From assembly GCA_964291295.2 (NCBI GenBank), contig OZ219754.1, forward strand, positions 32,001 to 96,000: 64,000 bases of DNA. The letters are read 5' to 3'. The notes beneath the pieces are model-generated. The model was not told where the DNA came from, did not search any database, and was given only the letters and a program-made list of their open reading frames with translations. Both the position numbers and the translations under genes were made by a program. This stretch comes from an uncultured Candidatus Binatia bacterium (lineage in GTDB: Bacteria; Desulfobacterota; Binatia; UBA9968; JAJDTQ01). Shown in pieces: positions 18,649 through 31,307 of the stretch (position 1 is its first letter; the number at the start of each line of letters is the position of its first letter).

Positions 18649-18751
18649 CGGCTCCCCCGTGCACGGGAATGGATGAGGAAGTGGATAAAAACGGACCCGG
18701 GCCGCCGCACTTCGGCGCCCGGGTCACGAAGAGACTAGACCGGGGCGCCGC

Positions 18752-20077
18752 TCAGTCGCACTTGGCGCCCTTCATGCCGCCCTTGACCCAGTCCGCCGCG
18801 TGGACCCCTTCCGGCGGGTTCACGCACTCGGCCTTGAACTCGGCCACGTCCCGGACCACCACTTCGCCCTTGGCCTCATCCCACTCGGCATAGCCCCAGC
18901 GGTCCGAGGTCACCGCCTGGTGGCCTTTGCCGAGAGACATCTTGACCTTGGCGGCGACGATGTCGAAAGTGGCGTGCTCCAGCGCCTTGATTACCTGGTC
19001 CGTGGACGGGAACTTGCCGCCATTGGCCTTCATGGCCTTGTCATGGGCGTACTTGGCCGCCAGGATGCCATCGGCGTAGTGATAGGCCGGCGACGAAGGC
19101 GGCTCCTTGTACGCCTTGCGGTATTCGCTCCGGAACCATTTGTTCATGGGAGTATCGACACCCGCCGCGTACATCCCGTAGGGACCGCGCGCGAGCTGTC
19201 CCCGCGGAAACTTGCTGCGGAGCCGGTGGGCCGTTATCTCGCCCACCGTCAGGGCGAACGACTTGCGATTGAACAGTCCCCGGGCGGTGCCCTGGGCGAT
19301 CAGGGCCTCCAGGTCGCCCCCCCAGAGGCTCGAATGCACCAGCTGCTGTTTGGCCCTGAGCAGCACCGAGATCTCGGTGCCGTACTGGCCGGAGAACAGT
19401 TTGGGAAACTGCTGCTTGCTGGCCGGCTTGATGTCCGGTGCCAGGGTCTGCATGGCCAGGCTGAAATCGCGCCAGGCATCCTGACCCCAGGCGTAGTTCT
19501 GGTTGATGCCGATGTAGCCGTCCCGGGCCTCGTTCCGGCGTTTCTTGACGATGTAGTGCGCGGCACCGACATTGCCGGCCGTGCTGTGGTTGATGATGCG
19601 GAAGACATACTTCGGTTCCGTCACCAGCTCCTCGAAGATGCGCGGCGTGCCGCATATCGCCATCAGGGTCAGCACCCGAAGCTCTTCGGCCACCCGGGCG
19701 ACCGCGGCGCAACTGCCGGAAGAGATGTAGCCGACCACGACGTCCACGCCCTCTTTCTGCACCTTGTTGCGCAACTCCGTGACCTGCTTGGTGCCGCCGC
19801 CGGTTTCATCGTACAACAACAACTCCACCTTGCGGCCGGCAAGCCCGACACTGTCGTAGGGCGCCGGCAGCGTACCTTCGTTGATGGCGCGGACCACCAG
19901 TTCCGCGCCGTTCCTGGACGCGAAACCGTAGGTCGGCGCGCCGCCTCCGGTAAGGAACGTCGGAACCGCCAGCTTGACGGTCTGTGCCGAAACCGCGCCC
20001 GCCGCCAGCAACACCGCCGCCAGCGCCAAGCTCAACGCATGCCAACGAATGGCTCTTGCACGAGGAATTGCACTCAT
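18752..20077 (-). CDS. ABC transporter periplasmic substrate-binding protein (LivJ/Peripla_BP_6-like)
   Basis: Signal peptide (..AVSA), VVGYISSG, INQNYAWGQD; first gene of the liv operon. Confidence 0.85.
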   Translation of the reverse strand: MSAIPRARAIRWHALSLALAAVLLAAGAVSAQTVKLAVPTFLTGGGAPTYGFASRNGAELVVRAINEGTLPAPYDSVGLAGRKVELLLYDETGGGTKQVTELRNKVQKEGVDVVVGYISSGSCAAVARVAEELRVLTLMAICGTPRIFEELVTEPKYVFRIINHSTAGNVGAAHYIVKKRRNEARDGYIGINQNYAWGQDAWRDFSLAMQTLAPDIKPASKQQFPKLFSGQYGTEISVLLRAKQQLVHSSLWGGDLEALIAQGTARGLFNRKSFALTVGEITAHRLRSKFPRGQLARGPYGMYAAGVDTPMNKWFRSEYRKAYKEPPSSPAYHYADGILAAKYAHDKAMKANGGKFPSTDQVIKALEHATFDIVAAKVKMSLGKGHQAVTSDRWGYAEWDEAKGEVVVRDVAEFKAECVNPPEGVHAADWVKGGMKGAKCD

Positions 20078-20109
20078 GTCAGCCTCCCGTTACTTGTACC
20101 CACCTTGTG

Positions 20110-20223
20110 CCTGTATATCTGCAATATGCAACTGTATGACAACAACTGAATGACAACCTGTATGACACCTGCACCCGTATCACGCCTGTACGACACATGT
20201 CACATGTATCACACCTGTATCAT
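20110..20223. repeat. Degenerate array of ~9 CTGTATGACA-like 10-mers in a divergent intergenic region
   Basis: ctgtatatct, ctgtatgaca, ctgaatgaca, ctgtatgaca, ccgtatcacg, ctgtacgaca, atgtcaca, atgtatcaca, ctgtatcatg. Confidence 0.7.
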
Positions 20224-20352
20224 GCCCGCCCCGTACCCGCGGCCTGCGCCCGCGGCCGGTGCGGCCTTGAACTGGAACACGGAACACCGGGAACCCGTCG
20301 AAGCCGATCATCTCACAATCCCCTGGAAATGGCCAGACCGGAGAAATCGAAC

Positions 20353-20973
20353 ATGGCACAAGGCATGAGTCAACGAGGCAAGGTCGATCTGGAAGGACTT
20401 CACGGCACCGAGGTCCAGGCGGTGAAAGGCATCCAGCCGCCGGCGGACATGCCGTTCCGCATCGGCGGCATGGGACATGCGGTGCTGGTGGTCCGGGACA
20501 TCGACGTGTCGGTCCGGTTCTACACGCAGGTGCTCGGCTTCAAGGTGTCCGACGTCTATCCCGAAAGCATGGTTCCTGGCCGAATGGTCTTCCTGCGTTT
20601 CAACCGGGACCACCACGGGCTCGGCCTCGTCGGTCAGGCCAGGCAGGCTTCGGCAGGCCGCGAACTGCACCACCTGGCGTTCGAGGTCCCCGCCCTTGAC
20701 GACGTGTTCCGCGCCAGGGACCACCTCGAAAAGAACGGCGTCCCGATCGACTTCCATGGCCGGCGTCGAGCCGGTTGTCAGGTATCGGTGGAGTTCCGGG
20801 ATCCCGACGGCCACAGCCTGGAGCTCTTCTGGGGGCTCGACAAGGTGGACTGGAACGACACAGCGCGCCCGCCCGAAGAATGGGTGCCGAGCCCCTCGCT
20901 TGAAGAGGCCCTTGACAACGCCCCGCCGGGACAGGACACCACCCTCGCCGACCCCGGCCTGCGTCGCGCATAG
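20353..20973 (+). CDS. VOC family protein (glyoxalase/extradiol dioxygenase-like)
   Basis: GHAVLVVRD..FYTQVLGF, DHHGL, HHLAFE, FRDPDGHSLEL. Confidence 0.85.
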   Translation: MAQGMSQRGKVDLEGLHGTEVQAVKGIQPPADMPFRIGGMGHAVLVVRDIDVSVRFYTQVLGFKVSDVYPESMVPGRMVFLRFNRDHHGLGLVGQARQASAGRELHHLAFEVPALDDVFRARDHLEKNGVPIDFHGRRRAGCQVSVEFRDPDGHSLELFWGLDKVDWNDTARPPEEWVPSPSLEEALDNAPPGQDTTLADPGLRRA

Positions 20974-21023
20974 CTGCATGGTGGTTCGTCCGGGTTCGTC
21001 CCGCGCACGGGCGGGACGAATGG

Positions 21024-22724
<1,701 letters not shown>

Positions 22725-22732
<8 letters not shown>

Positions 22733-23525
22733 GCCTGTTTGTGGCATCTGGGAGAGCGAGCGGCAAGCTGCCGCCGGCGCCTTTCCCGGTCCGCGGCTGC
22801 GGTGATTCGCAGGACTCCCGCACCGGCCTGAAGCTGCGGCGGTGAATGGGACAGGGGCCGTAGAGGTCCAGGGCCGCGGCATGACGGCGGGTTTGATAGC
22901 CCTTGTGGCTGCCGAACCCGTACTCCGGATAGAGGGCGTCGAACTCCACCATCATGCGGTCCCGCGCCACCTTGGCGATGATGGATGCCGCGGCGATGGA
23001 AAAGCACCGGCGGTCGCCGCCCTTCAGGGTCTGCTGTGCCGGTGGCGCGGCCCAGGGACCGCCGCCTTGCCGCAGACTGGCAACCGGAATGCCGTGAGGT
23101 CCGTCGACCATGACGAAGTCCGGCATGGCCTTCAGACCTCGGAGCGCACGGGCCATGGCCAGGAGGCTGGCACGCAGGATGTTGAGCCGGTCGATCTCCC
23201 CCGGGTCCGCCGCACCCACCGCCCAGGAAGCCGCCCGCTCCCTGATCCAGTCGGCCAGGCGCTCACGCCGGCGGGCGCTCAGGACCTTCGAGTCCTTGAT
23301 GTCGGGGTTGAAGATACCGGGCTCGAACACCACTGCCGCGGCCACCACCGGCCCCGCCAGCGGTCCCCGGCCGGCCTCGTCCACTCCGGCGATGCGCCGG
23401 AATCCGCGGGCGCGGGCGTCCGCTTCATGGGCGGTGCCGTCGGGGCCGCCGGAGTCGGCGCCGCCGGGGCCGGGGCCGCGCAGGCCGTCCGGCGGTGGAG
23501 CGGGAGGGGTTCGTTTGCCGGCCAT
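22725..23525 (-). CDS. rnhB: Ribonuclease HII
   Basis: GVDEAGRGPLAGPVVAAAV, DSK, SIAAASIIAKVARD, HKGY, HRRSF. Start uncertain. Confidence 0.95.
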
Positions 23526-23550
23526 TCGGGACGCATGATATGAAACCGGC

Positions 23551-23856
23551 GTGAAAATCTCCAGCAAAGAGAAGATCACCAGCGAAGAGGTCCGGCACGT
23601 GGCCGCCCTCGCCCGTCTCGACCTCGCTCCGGACGAGCGGGAGCGGCTTGCCGTCCAGTTGGGCCGCATCCTCGAATACATGGACAAGCTCAACGAACTC
23701 GACACCAAGGGCGTCGAGCCGCTGTCCCACGCCGTGGACGTGGTCAACGTCTTTCGACCGGACCGCGTTGTCAACGAGCCGCGAACCGAAGCCCTGCTGC
23801 GCAACGCTCCCGCCCGGGACCACACCTTTCTCAGCGTCCCGAAGATCATTGAATGA
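23551..23856 (+). CDS. gatC: Asp/Glu-tRNA amidotransferase subunit C
   Basis: EEVRHVAALARL..ILEYMDKLNELDT.GVEP..VPKIIE. Confidence 0.95.
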   Translation: MKISSKEKITSEEVRHVAALARLDLAPDERERLAVQLGRILEYMDKLNELDTKGVEPLSHAVDVVNVFRPDRVVNEPRTEALLRNAPARDHTFLSVPKIIE

Positions 23857-23925
23857 GACGGGCCGCTCTCCCGTCGTTCGTCCCGGGCGCGCCGGAGCGC
23901 GAGCGGAACGAAGCCGAAGGATGCC

Positions 23926-25413
23926 ATGACCGTTGATCGGGGCTTGCCCGGCATTCACGAACTGCACCACCGGCTGCGGCGCCGTGAGTTGAGCGCCGTC
24001 GAGCTTGCCGAGGCGCTGTTCGACCACATCGAGGCCACGGACGGCGCCATCGGCGCCTACCTCGCGGTGTGCCGGGACAGGGGCATGGAAGACGCGCGCC
24101 GGGCGGACGCCCGATTTGCCGCCGGCGAGGTGGCCTCGAAGCTCCTGGGCATCCCGGTGGCGCTCAAGGACGTGCTCCTCACCGAAGGCGTGCCCACCAC
24201 CTGCGCGTCGAAGATCCTGCAAGGGTTCACGCCGCCCTGCGACGGCACCGCCGTGCGCCGCCTCGGGGAGGCGGGGACGGTGCTGCTGGGCAAGACCAAC
24301 ATGGACGAGTTCGCCATGGGCTCCTCCACCGAGAACTCCGGCTTCTCCATCACCCGAAACCCCTGGAACCTCGACCATGTCCCGGGCGGCTCGTCCGGCG
24401 GCTCGGCGGCCGCGGTGGCGGCAGGCCAGTGCATCGCCGCACTGGGCACCGACACCGGCGGGTCGATTCGTCAACCGGCGTCGTTCTGCGGCGTGGTGGG
24501 ACTCAAGCCCACCTACGGACGGGTGAGCCGGTTCGGCGTGGTGGCCTATGCCTCTTCGCTGGACCAGGTGGGCCCCATCACCCGGAACGTGACCGACTGT
24601 GCGCTGGTGCTGCAGGCCATTGCGGCCCACGATCCGGCGGATTCCACCTCGGTGGACATACCGGCGCCCGACTACGCCGCGGCGCTGACGGGCGACATCA
24701 AGGGACTCCGTATCGGCGTTCCCCGGGAGTACTTTGCGGCGGGGCTCCAGCCCGAGGTGGAGCAGGCGGTGCGGCGGGGCATCGGCGAACTGGAAAAGGC
24801 CGGCGCCGTGGTGATCGAAGTGTCGCTGCCGCGCAACGACTACGCCGTGCCCGCCTACTACGTCATCGCCGCGGCCGAGGCCAGTTCGAACCTCGCCCGC
24901 TACGACGGCATGCGCTACGGACGCCGGGTGCAGGCCGAAGACCTGACCTCCACCTACATGAAGAGCCGCGCCCAGGGTTTCGGGCACGAGGTGAAACGGC
25001 GGATCATGCTCGGCACCTACGTGCTCTCCGCCGGCTACTACGACGCCTACTACCTCAAGGCGCAAAAGGTGAGAACGCTGCTCAAGCGGGACATCGAAGC
25101 GGCGATGACGAAGTGCGACGCCATCGTCGCGCCCACCTGCCCCACCACCGCATTCAAGCTCGACGAGATGACCCACGACCCGCTGCGGATGTACCTCTCG
25201 GACATCCTCACCATTTCGGTGAACCTTGCCGGCCTGCCCGCGCTGTCCGTGCCCTGCGGCTTCGACAGCGCCGGACTCCCCATCGGCATGCAGATCATCG
25301 GCAGGCCTTTCGACGAGGCCACGCTGCTGCGGCTGGGCCATGCCTACGAGCAGGCCACCGAGTGGCACACCCGCAGACCCGTGCTCCCGTTCCGCGAGCG
25401 GGCGCTGCCGTGA
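23926..25413 (+). CDS. gatA: Asp/Glu-tRNA amidotransferase subunit A
   Basis: [52 protein letters not shown]. Confidence 0.97.
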   Translation: MTVDRGLPGIHELHHRLRRRELSAVELAEALFDHIEATDGAIGAYLAVCRDRGMEDARRADARFAAGEVASKLLGIPVALKDVLLTEGVPTTCASKILQGFTPPCDGTAVRRLGEAGTVLLGKTNMDEFAMGSSTENSGFSITRNPWNLDHVPGGSSGGSAAAVAAGQCIAALGTDTGGSIRQPASFCGVVGLKPTYGRVSRFGVVAYASSLDQVGPITRNVTDCALVLQAIAAHDPADSTSVDIPAPDYAAALTGDIKGLRIGVPREYFAAGLQPEVEQAVRRGIGELEKAGAVVIEVSLPRNDYAVPAYYVIAAAEASSNLARYDGMRYGRRVQAEDLTSTYMKSRAQGFGHEVKRRIMLGTYVLSAGYYDAYYLKAQKVRTLLKRDIEAAMTKCDAIVAPTCPTTAFKLDEMTHDPLRMYLSDILTISVNLAGLPALSVPCGFDSAGLPIGMQIIGRPFDEATLLRLGHAYEQATEWHTRRPVLPFRERALP

Positions 25414-25743
25414 ATACCGTGAAACCCGTGGTGGAGCAGGCGTTGCGGGGTCGCTTCGACTCCCGCGGACAGTCCATGGCGCGGACGCGATGACATGGGT
25501 GATGACATCGTGAAACGTTCCGAACCAACGAGGTTGAGCCTGGGTGGGTGGAGGGGCTGAAAATCTCGCGGTTCGTTCTTCGCCCGCAGCGTGCGCACTC
25601 GCTTCGATTCGGCGCCGGCCCTGTGCGGAAATCAGGGTCAATCCAGGAACCAGACTTGCCGTGACGCGGGAACGCCAGCGGGGCCGCCATGGGCTTCATG
25701 AGTCGCGGCAAGCGCAAGGACTGTCGGACGCCAAGGAGAATTG

Positions 25744-26283
25744 CCTGTTCGCCACGGCCAACAAGACCGGCCTCTACGCCGACCGGGCCATCTACGGCCA
25801 GGGCCTTCTGGACCTGAACGCCGCCACGAATCCCTGGGGCGTGGTCGGCATCATGGGACCCGGCCGGACAATGGCGCAGCAGGGCGAACGGGCCAGCGTC
25901 GCGGGCTCCGCCCTGCGCCTGAGTCGAACCCTGGGGGACAGCTTCATGCGCGTGCTCGGGCCGCGCGCGTGACGGCCGCACACGCCATCTCTCCCGCGGG
26001 CGCGGCCGTGCGGTTCGCCGTGGCGCAGCCGGTCCGCGTCACCGATGGAGCGGCCGCCCTCGATCTGCCGACAGGCCGCACCGCCGGTAGACGGATGGCG
26101 GGAGAAACCATCGGCGTCGGACTCGCGCCAACAGGCCGGCAACTGGACCTGATCGCGCGCATCGACTGGCCCCTGGGCGGCGGCGCGCTTGCCCTTGAGC
26201 CCGTCCGGAGCCAAGAGCCCGGCCATCGAGCCGGCGCACCGTCGGGGCGAACGCTCCTGGCGGGATGGAGAAAGAGATTCTGA
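25744..26283 (+). pseudogene. Internally deleted remnant of the S8 peptidase/autotransporter-like gene
   Basis: LFATANKTGLYADRAIYGQGLLDLNAATNPWG (end of S8 domain) is joined out of frame near 25965 to a segment clearly homologous to 277-593. Confidence 0.75.
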
Positions 26284-26514
26284 TGCGGGCACCGCAGGGC
26301 CGGAGGGGCCTTCTCCGTTCGGCATCAACGCGCCCGGACCGGAGCGCGGGGAGGGGCCGGCCGCGCGGCGTCCCTGCGGCGAGCGGTCAATGCGCCGCCC
26401 CGCGGAATGGCAATGGCTTCATGCGATACATGGCGTCATCCGCGACCCGTGGGTGAGAACAGCCAAGCTGCCACACACCTTGAGCGGACAACGCCGGGAG
26501 AGAGAGGACCCTCC

Positions 26515-28692
26515 ATGAACGTTCAGACGCACGAAGAGCTTAAAGCCAGGATATGGGAAATCGCCAACCGGCTCAGGGGGCCGTACCGGCCTCCCCAGTA
26601 TCGCCTGGTCATGCTTCCCATGGTCGTCCTGCGCCGGCTCGATTGTGTCCTGGAACCGACCAGGGATGCCGTCCTCAAGAAGCACGATGAGCTTTTGGGG
26701 CAACAGATGCCCGAAAAGGCAATCCACCATCTGCTCGGCAAGGCCGCCGGACCGATGCGGAAACACCCCCTATACAACACAAGTCCCTACAGTTTTTCCC
26801 GGCTGCTCGGCGATGCCGAGAACATCGCTCCGAATCTCATAGCGTACATCAACGACTTTTCCCCCACCGCGCGGCAGATCTTCGAACGTTTCAAGTTCGC
26901 CGACCAGATCGAGGAACTCGACAAACACAACCGCCTCTTCGCCATCGTCAAGGCAATGGCCGATGTGGATCTTCACCCCGACCGGATCGACAATCTCCAG
27001 ATGGGCTATCTGTTCGAGCATCTGGTGATGCGATTCAACGAACAGGCCAACGAGGAGGCCGGGGATCACTTTACGCCGCGGGAGGTCATCCGCCTGATGG
27101 CGAACCTCATCTATACCGGCGAACAGGATGTCTACAGGCCCGGCATTTACCGCACGATCTACGATCCGGCGTGCGGAACCGGCGGCATGCTCTCCGAATC
27201 CGTGAAGCTGATCCTCGCACAGAACGAGCGGGCGAAGCTCGCACTCTACGGCCAGGAATACAACGACGAGTCCTGGGCGATCTGCTGCGCCGACATGCTC
27301 ATCAAGGACGAGGACACGGCCAACATCGTCCTCGGAGACACCCTCGGCGACGGCAAGACAGGGGACGGCTATGAGGACAAGCACTTCCACTACCTCATGG
27401 CCAACCCGCCTTTCGGCGTCGAATGGAAAGACCAGAAAAACGCGGTCGAACGCGAGCACAAGACCATGGGTTTTTCGGGGCGGTTTGGCGCGGGGCTTCC
27501 GGCCATCAGTGACGGCTCGTTCCTTTTTCTTCAGCACATGATTGCCAAGATGCATCCCTATCAGGAAGGCGGCGAGGACCAGCCGGGATCGAAGATCGCC
27601 ATCGTCTTCAACGGTTCGCCGCTCTTCTCGGGCGACGCCGGATCGGGGCCGTCCAACATTCGCCGCTGGATCATCGAGAACGACTGGCTCGACGCCATCG
27701 TGGCACTGCCCGACCAGCTGTTCTACAACACCGGCATCTTCACCTATGTCTGGCTGGTGACGAACCGCAAGCCGGACGAGCGGCGCGGCAAGGTGCAACT
27801 CATTGACGGGACTCGCTTCTTTGAGAAGATGAAGAAGAGCCTCCACAACAAGCGCAACGAGATCACCGAAGACCAGATCCGCCACCTCACCCGCGTGTAC
27901 GGCAAATGTCAGGACGGGGAGACGGCCCAGGTATCCATTGACGGCGCGACCGAGACCCGCGTCATATCCCGCATCTTCGAGAACCGCGAGTTCGGGTTCC
28001 TCAAGGTGACGGTCGAGCGCCCCTTGCGAATGAACTTCGAAGCGACGCCGGAGCGCATCGCGAAGTTGCACGGGCAGACGGCCTTTGCGAATCTGGCGAA
28101 GTCGAAGAAGCGGCGGGATGCGGCCGCGGTCGAGCGCGAGACTGCGGAGGGGCGGAAGCAACAGCAGACCATCCGCGCCGCGCTTGCGACGCTTGAAGGG
28201 AACGGGCGTTACATGGACCGGGGGGCTTTTGAGGCCGATGTGATGGGCGCTGCCAGACAGGCTGGTCTCAAGATTTCGGCCCCGATCAGAAACGCGATTT
28301 TTGCAGCCCTCGGCGAGCGCGACCCGGACGCCGAAGTATGCCGCGACGGCAAGGGCCGGCCGGAGGCCGACGGCGAGCTCCGGGACACCGAGAACATTCC
28401 CTTGCCGCCCGGAACGGAATTGCCGCTGCCGATGGACTTCGGGCCGGACAAGCCCAATGACCGGCTTGTTGAAGCCTTTCGGGATGAAATCGACGCCTAC
28501 ATGGTGCGCGAGGTCCTGCCGCATGTGCCGGGTGCCTGGGTAGATTACGACAAAACGAAGGTCGGCTACGAGATTCCGATCAACCGGCATTTCCACGTCT
28601 ATAAGCCGCCGCGGCTGCTCGACGAGATTGAGGCGGATATTGCCGAGATCGAAGGGGAGATCGCCGGGTTGTTGAAGGGGTTGGCGGTGTGA
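26515..28692 (+). CDS. hsdM: Type I RM methyltransferase subunit
   Basis: IWEIANRLRG.Y, GDHFTPREV, YDPACGTGGML, ANPPFG, FYNTGI.TYVW, GYEIPINRHF. Confidence 0.95.
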   Translation: MNVQTHEELKARIWEIANRLRGPYRPPQYRLVMLPMVVLRRLDCVLEPTRDAVLKKHDELLGQQMPEKAIHHLLGKAAGPMRKHPLYNTSPYSFSRLLGDAENIAPNLIAYINDFSPTARQIFERFKFADQIEELDKHNRLFAIVKAMADVDLHPDRIDNLQMGYLFEHLVMRFNEQANEEAGDHFTPREVIRLMANLIYTGEQDVYRPGIYRTIYDPACGTGGMLSESVKLILAQNERAKLALYGQEYNDESWAICCADMLIKDEDTANIVLGDTLGDGKTGDGYEDKHFHYLMANPPFGVEWKDQKNAVEREHKTMGFSGRFGAGLPAISDGSFLFLQHMIAKMHPYQEGGEDQPGSKIAIVFNGSPLFSGDAGSGPSNIRRWIIENDWLDAIVALPDQLFYNTGIFTYVWLVTNRKPDERRGKVQLIDGTRFFEKMKKSLHNKRNEITEDQIRHLTRVYGKCQDGETAQVSIDGATETRVISRIFENREFGFLKVTVERPLRMNFEATPERIAKLHGQTAFANLAKSKKRRDAAAVERETAEGRKQQQTIRAALATLEGNGRYMDRGAFEADVMGAARQAGLKISAPIRNAIFAALGERDPDAEVCRDGKGRPEADGELRDTENIPLPPGTELPLPMDFGPDKPNDRLVEAFRDEIDAYMVREVLPHVPGAWVDYDKTKVGYEIPINRHFHVYKPPRLLDEIEADIAEIEGEIAGLLKGLAV

Positions 28693-29969
28693 GCTACTTT
28701 GCGCACAGCGATGAACGGCCTGAATGGGCGGCACAGCTCCCTGAAGATTGGGAATGCGACTGGCTGAAGTGGTCGGTTGATCTATGCACAAACCGCCCAA
28801 CCGTAGAGGAGCAAGAGGCGCTTCCATACATCGCTAACGAGCATATCGCGTCGTGGACAGGAAGACTCTTGATCGAGGAACCGAAACCGGCTGAAGCAGA
28901 CAGTCGGACATTTCAGCAAAACGATGTGCTTTTCAACAAGCTTCGGCCGTACCTTGCCAAGGTCCATCACGCGGAATTTCACGGGGTTAGTTCGGGAGAG
29001 TTGCTTTGCTTGCGACCAACGCATGTTATAGAGTCGCGCTTCCTCTTCTACTTGCTCTTGTCCAAAGGCTTCATCGACACGGTCAATGCGGAGACGTTCG
29101 GGGCCAAGATGCCCCGCGCCGATTGGGAGATTGTCGGCCATCAACCCCTGCCTCTTCCCCCACTCGTCACCCAACGGCGGATCGCGCAGTTTCTGGATGA
29201 AAAGACGGCGAAGATCGACGGGCTGATCGAAAAGAAGCGGGCGCTTCTGGACCTACTGGCCGAGAAACGTCAGGCGCTCATCACCCGCGCCGTCACCAAG
29301 GGGATTGAGCCAGATGCGGCGATGAAACCGTCCGGGATCGAATGGATCGGCGATATTCCGGCGCATTGGGAAATACGACGTGTCAAAGAACTCGGGGAGC
29401 TTATTGGAGGCACTGGCTTTCCTCATGATTTTCAGGGCCAATGTGGTCTTGAGTTGCCCTTTTTTAAGGTCGCTGATCTCGGTCGAATCTCCCAAAACCA
29501 GAAGATGCTGGGTACCGAAAACTCCGTTGATCGCACCACGGCCAAATTTCTTGGAGCTTCAATTATTTTACCGGATGACGTGGCATTCGCAAAGGTCGGA
29601 GCAGCGCTGCTCTTGAACCGATTCCGTCGTATCGGAGCTCCTTGCTGCATTGACAATAACATGATGGCATTTCGCTCCGATCCTAGAATCTCCCCTGATT
29701 TCACACTTTATACGTTGAGTCGGATAAACTTCTCTGACATCGTGAATCCAGGAGCTGTTCCTTCGGTAAATAGTAACCAAGTAGGACAGATTGAAATAGC
29801 GCTACCACGTCTGAACGAACAGATCAGAATCGCGCAATTTTTGGATGAGAAGACGGCGGAGATTGACGGACTGCACGAACTAGTCGTCCATTCCGTCGAC
29901 AAACTTGCGGAATACCGCTCGGCCTTGATCACAGCCGCCGTTACAGGACAACTCGCGGAGCTACAATGA
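28689..29969 (+). CDS. hsdS: Type I RM specificity subunit
   Basis: Two TRDs with repeated conserved arms (IAQFLDEKTA.IDGL; ALIT.AVT.G); GTGA overlap with hsdM. Confidence 0.93.
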   Translation: MSYFAHSDERPEWAAQLPEDWECDWLKWSVDLCTNRPTVEEQEALPYIANEHIASWTGRLLIEEPKPAEADSRTFQQNDVLFNKLRPYLAKVHHAEFHGVSSGELLCLRPTHVIESRFLFYLLLSKGFIDTVNAETFGAKMPRADWEIVGHQPLPLPPLVTQRRIAQFLDEKTAKIDGLIEKKRALLDLLAEKRQALITRAVTKGIEPDAAMKPSGIEWIGDIPAHWEIRRVKELGELIGGTGFPHDFQGQCGLELPFFKVADLGRISQNQKMLGTENSVDRTTAKFLGASIILPDDVAFAKVGAALLLNRFRRIGAPCCIDNNMMAFRSDPRISPDFTLYTLSRINFSDIVNPGAVPSVNSNQVGQIEIALPRLNEQIRIAQFLDEKTAEIDGLHELVVHSVDKLAEYRSALITAAVTGQLAELQ

Positions 29970-30040
29970 TTCTCGGCGCTGCCGCATATTTCGGGCGTTC
30001 CGCCGATCGGCTCAGCGTTTCCGCAGAAGAGGTTTGCCCC

Positions 30041-30148
30041 GTGCCCGGCCACACCGAACGCAATTACGAGCCAGCGATTGAAGCCGGGCTGACCGGATCC
30101 GGTGGCTACGAGACGCGGAACCCGGAAGCCTTTGACGAAACGTATTGA
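30041..30148 (+). pseudogene. Duplicated, truncated hsdR 5' end (~35 codons)
   Basis: VPGHTERNYEPAIEAGLTGSGGYETRNPEAFDETY* aligns with HsdR start MATHTERAFEAAIEAGLTGVGGYEKRSPSAFDETL. Confidence 0.85.
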
Positions 30149-30149
30149 C

Positions 30150-31307
30150 ATGACTCGAGTCGCCGTCAGTCCTGACGTCCTTCGCTGGGCTCGGGAGCGT
30201 GCCGGGTTGGGATTGGCCGACCTGCAGGGCAAGTTCCCGAGGTTGGCGGATTGGGAAAGCGCATCCAGCCGGCCCACGATGCGGCAGTTGCAAGCCTTCG
30301 CCAAAGCGACGCGGGTGCCGTACGGTTTTCTTTTTCTGCCGGAACCGCCGGCGATGGGCCTGCCGTTCGCGGACTTTCGCGCGGTCGAGAGTCGACGACC
30401 TCAAGGCATCAGTCCGGAGTTGATGGATACCGTCCATCTCATGCGGCGGCGGCAGGCCTGGTTGCGGGAAGAGCGGATGGAAGCGGAAGCGGCGCCGGTG
30501 GACTTTGTCGGCGCCGCATCGCTTTCGGACGACCCGGCGGCGGTCGGCCGGCACATGCGGCAGGTGCTTGGGCTGGTTGACGGCTGGGCGGGGCGGGTGC
30601 CGAACTGGACGGCCGCCGTGGGTGAACTGCGCAAGGCCATCGAAGCACTCGGCGTCATGGCGGTCATCAACGGCGTCGCCGGCAACAACAACCATCGCGG
30701 ACTGGACGTGAACGAGTTTCGCGGTTTTGCCCTGAGTGACCCTCACGCCCCGTTGATCTTTATCAACGGGGCCGATGCAAAGTCCGCCCAGATGTTCACC
30801 CTTGCGCACGAACTGGCGCATCTGTGGTTGGGCGATGCAGGCGAGGGCCTGTCCGGTTTCGAGGGGCTGCAACCGGGCGGCGGAAAGGTCGAGCGATTTT
30901 GCGACCGGGCGGCGGCCGAATTCCTCGTCCCTGCCGCCGAAATTCGCGCCGCCTGGCATCGGGTTGCCGATGGCCGAGCACCTTTGGAGAAGCTGGCCGG
31001 GCGCTTCAAGGTCAGCCCGGTGGTGATGGGACGGCGGGCCATGGATCTGGGTTTGATGGAACGCGACGAATTTTTCCTTTTCTACCGCGATTACACCCGA
31101 AGAGAACACCAGGAAAGGCAGGCAGGACCGGGCGGCGGAGATTTCTACAACAATCAGCACAATCGGGTGGGGCGGCTGTTTGCTTCTCACCTGATCCGGG
31201 CCGCCAAGGAAGGGCGCATCGGCTTCAAGGAAGACTACGACCTGACCGGACTGAATGGTGGTGCGTTCCAGCGGTATGTTCGCAAGCTTGAAATCACGCT
31301 GCCATGA
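30150..31307 (+). CDS. XRE-HTH + ImmA/IrrE zinc metallopeptidase
   Basis: LRWARERAG..WE..PT..QL HTH; EFRGFAL..APLIFING.D..AQMFTLAHELAH (HExxH). Confidence 0.9.
   Translation: MTRVAVSPDVLRWARERAGLGLADLQGKFPRLADWESASSRPTMRQLQAFAKATRVPYGFLFLPEPPAMGLPFADFRAVESRRPQGISPELMDTVHLMRRRQAWLREERMEAEAAPVDFVGAASLSDDPAAVGRHMRQVLGLVDGWAGRVPNWTAAVGELRKAIEALGVMAVINGVAGNNNHRGLDVNEFRGFALSDPHAPLIFINGADAKSAQMFTLAHELAHLWLGDAGEGLSGFEGLQPGGGKVERFCDRAAAEFLVPAAEIRAAWHRVADGRAPLEKLAGRFKVSPVVMGRRAMDLGLMERDEFFLFYRDYTRREHQERQAGPGGGDFYNNQHNRVGRLFASHLIRAAKEGRIGFKEDYDLTGLNGGAFQRYVRKLEITLP

Noticed and set aside
25414-25740. tRNA, ncRNA or att site at the island border
   Set aside because: A TTCGA-like motif is present but no cloverleaf can be built, and no matching direct repeat was found at the other end of the island.
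28689-29969. Invertible hsdS shufflon
   Set aside because: Only one hsdS, no silent TRD copies or recombinase; the internal repeats are the normal direct conserved arms.
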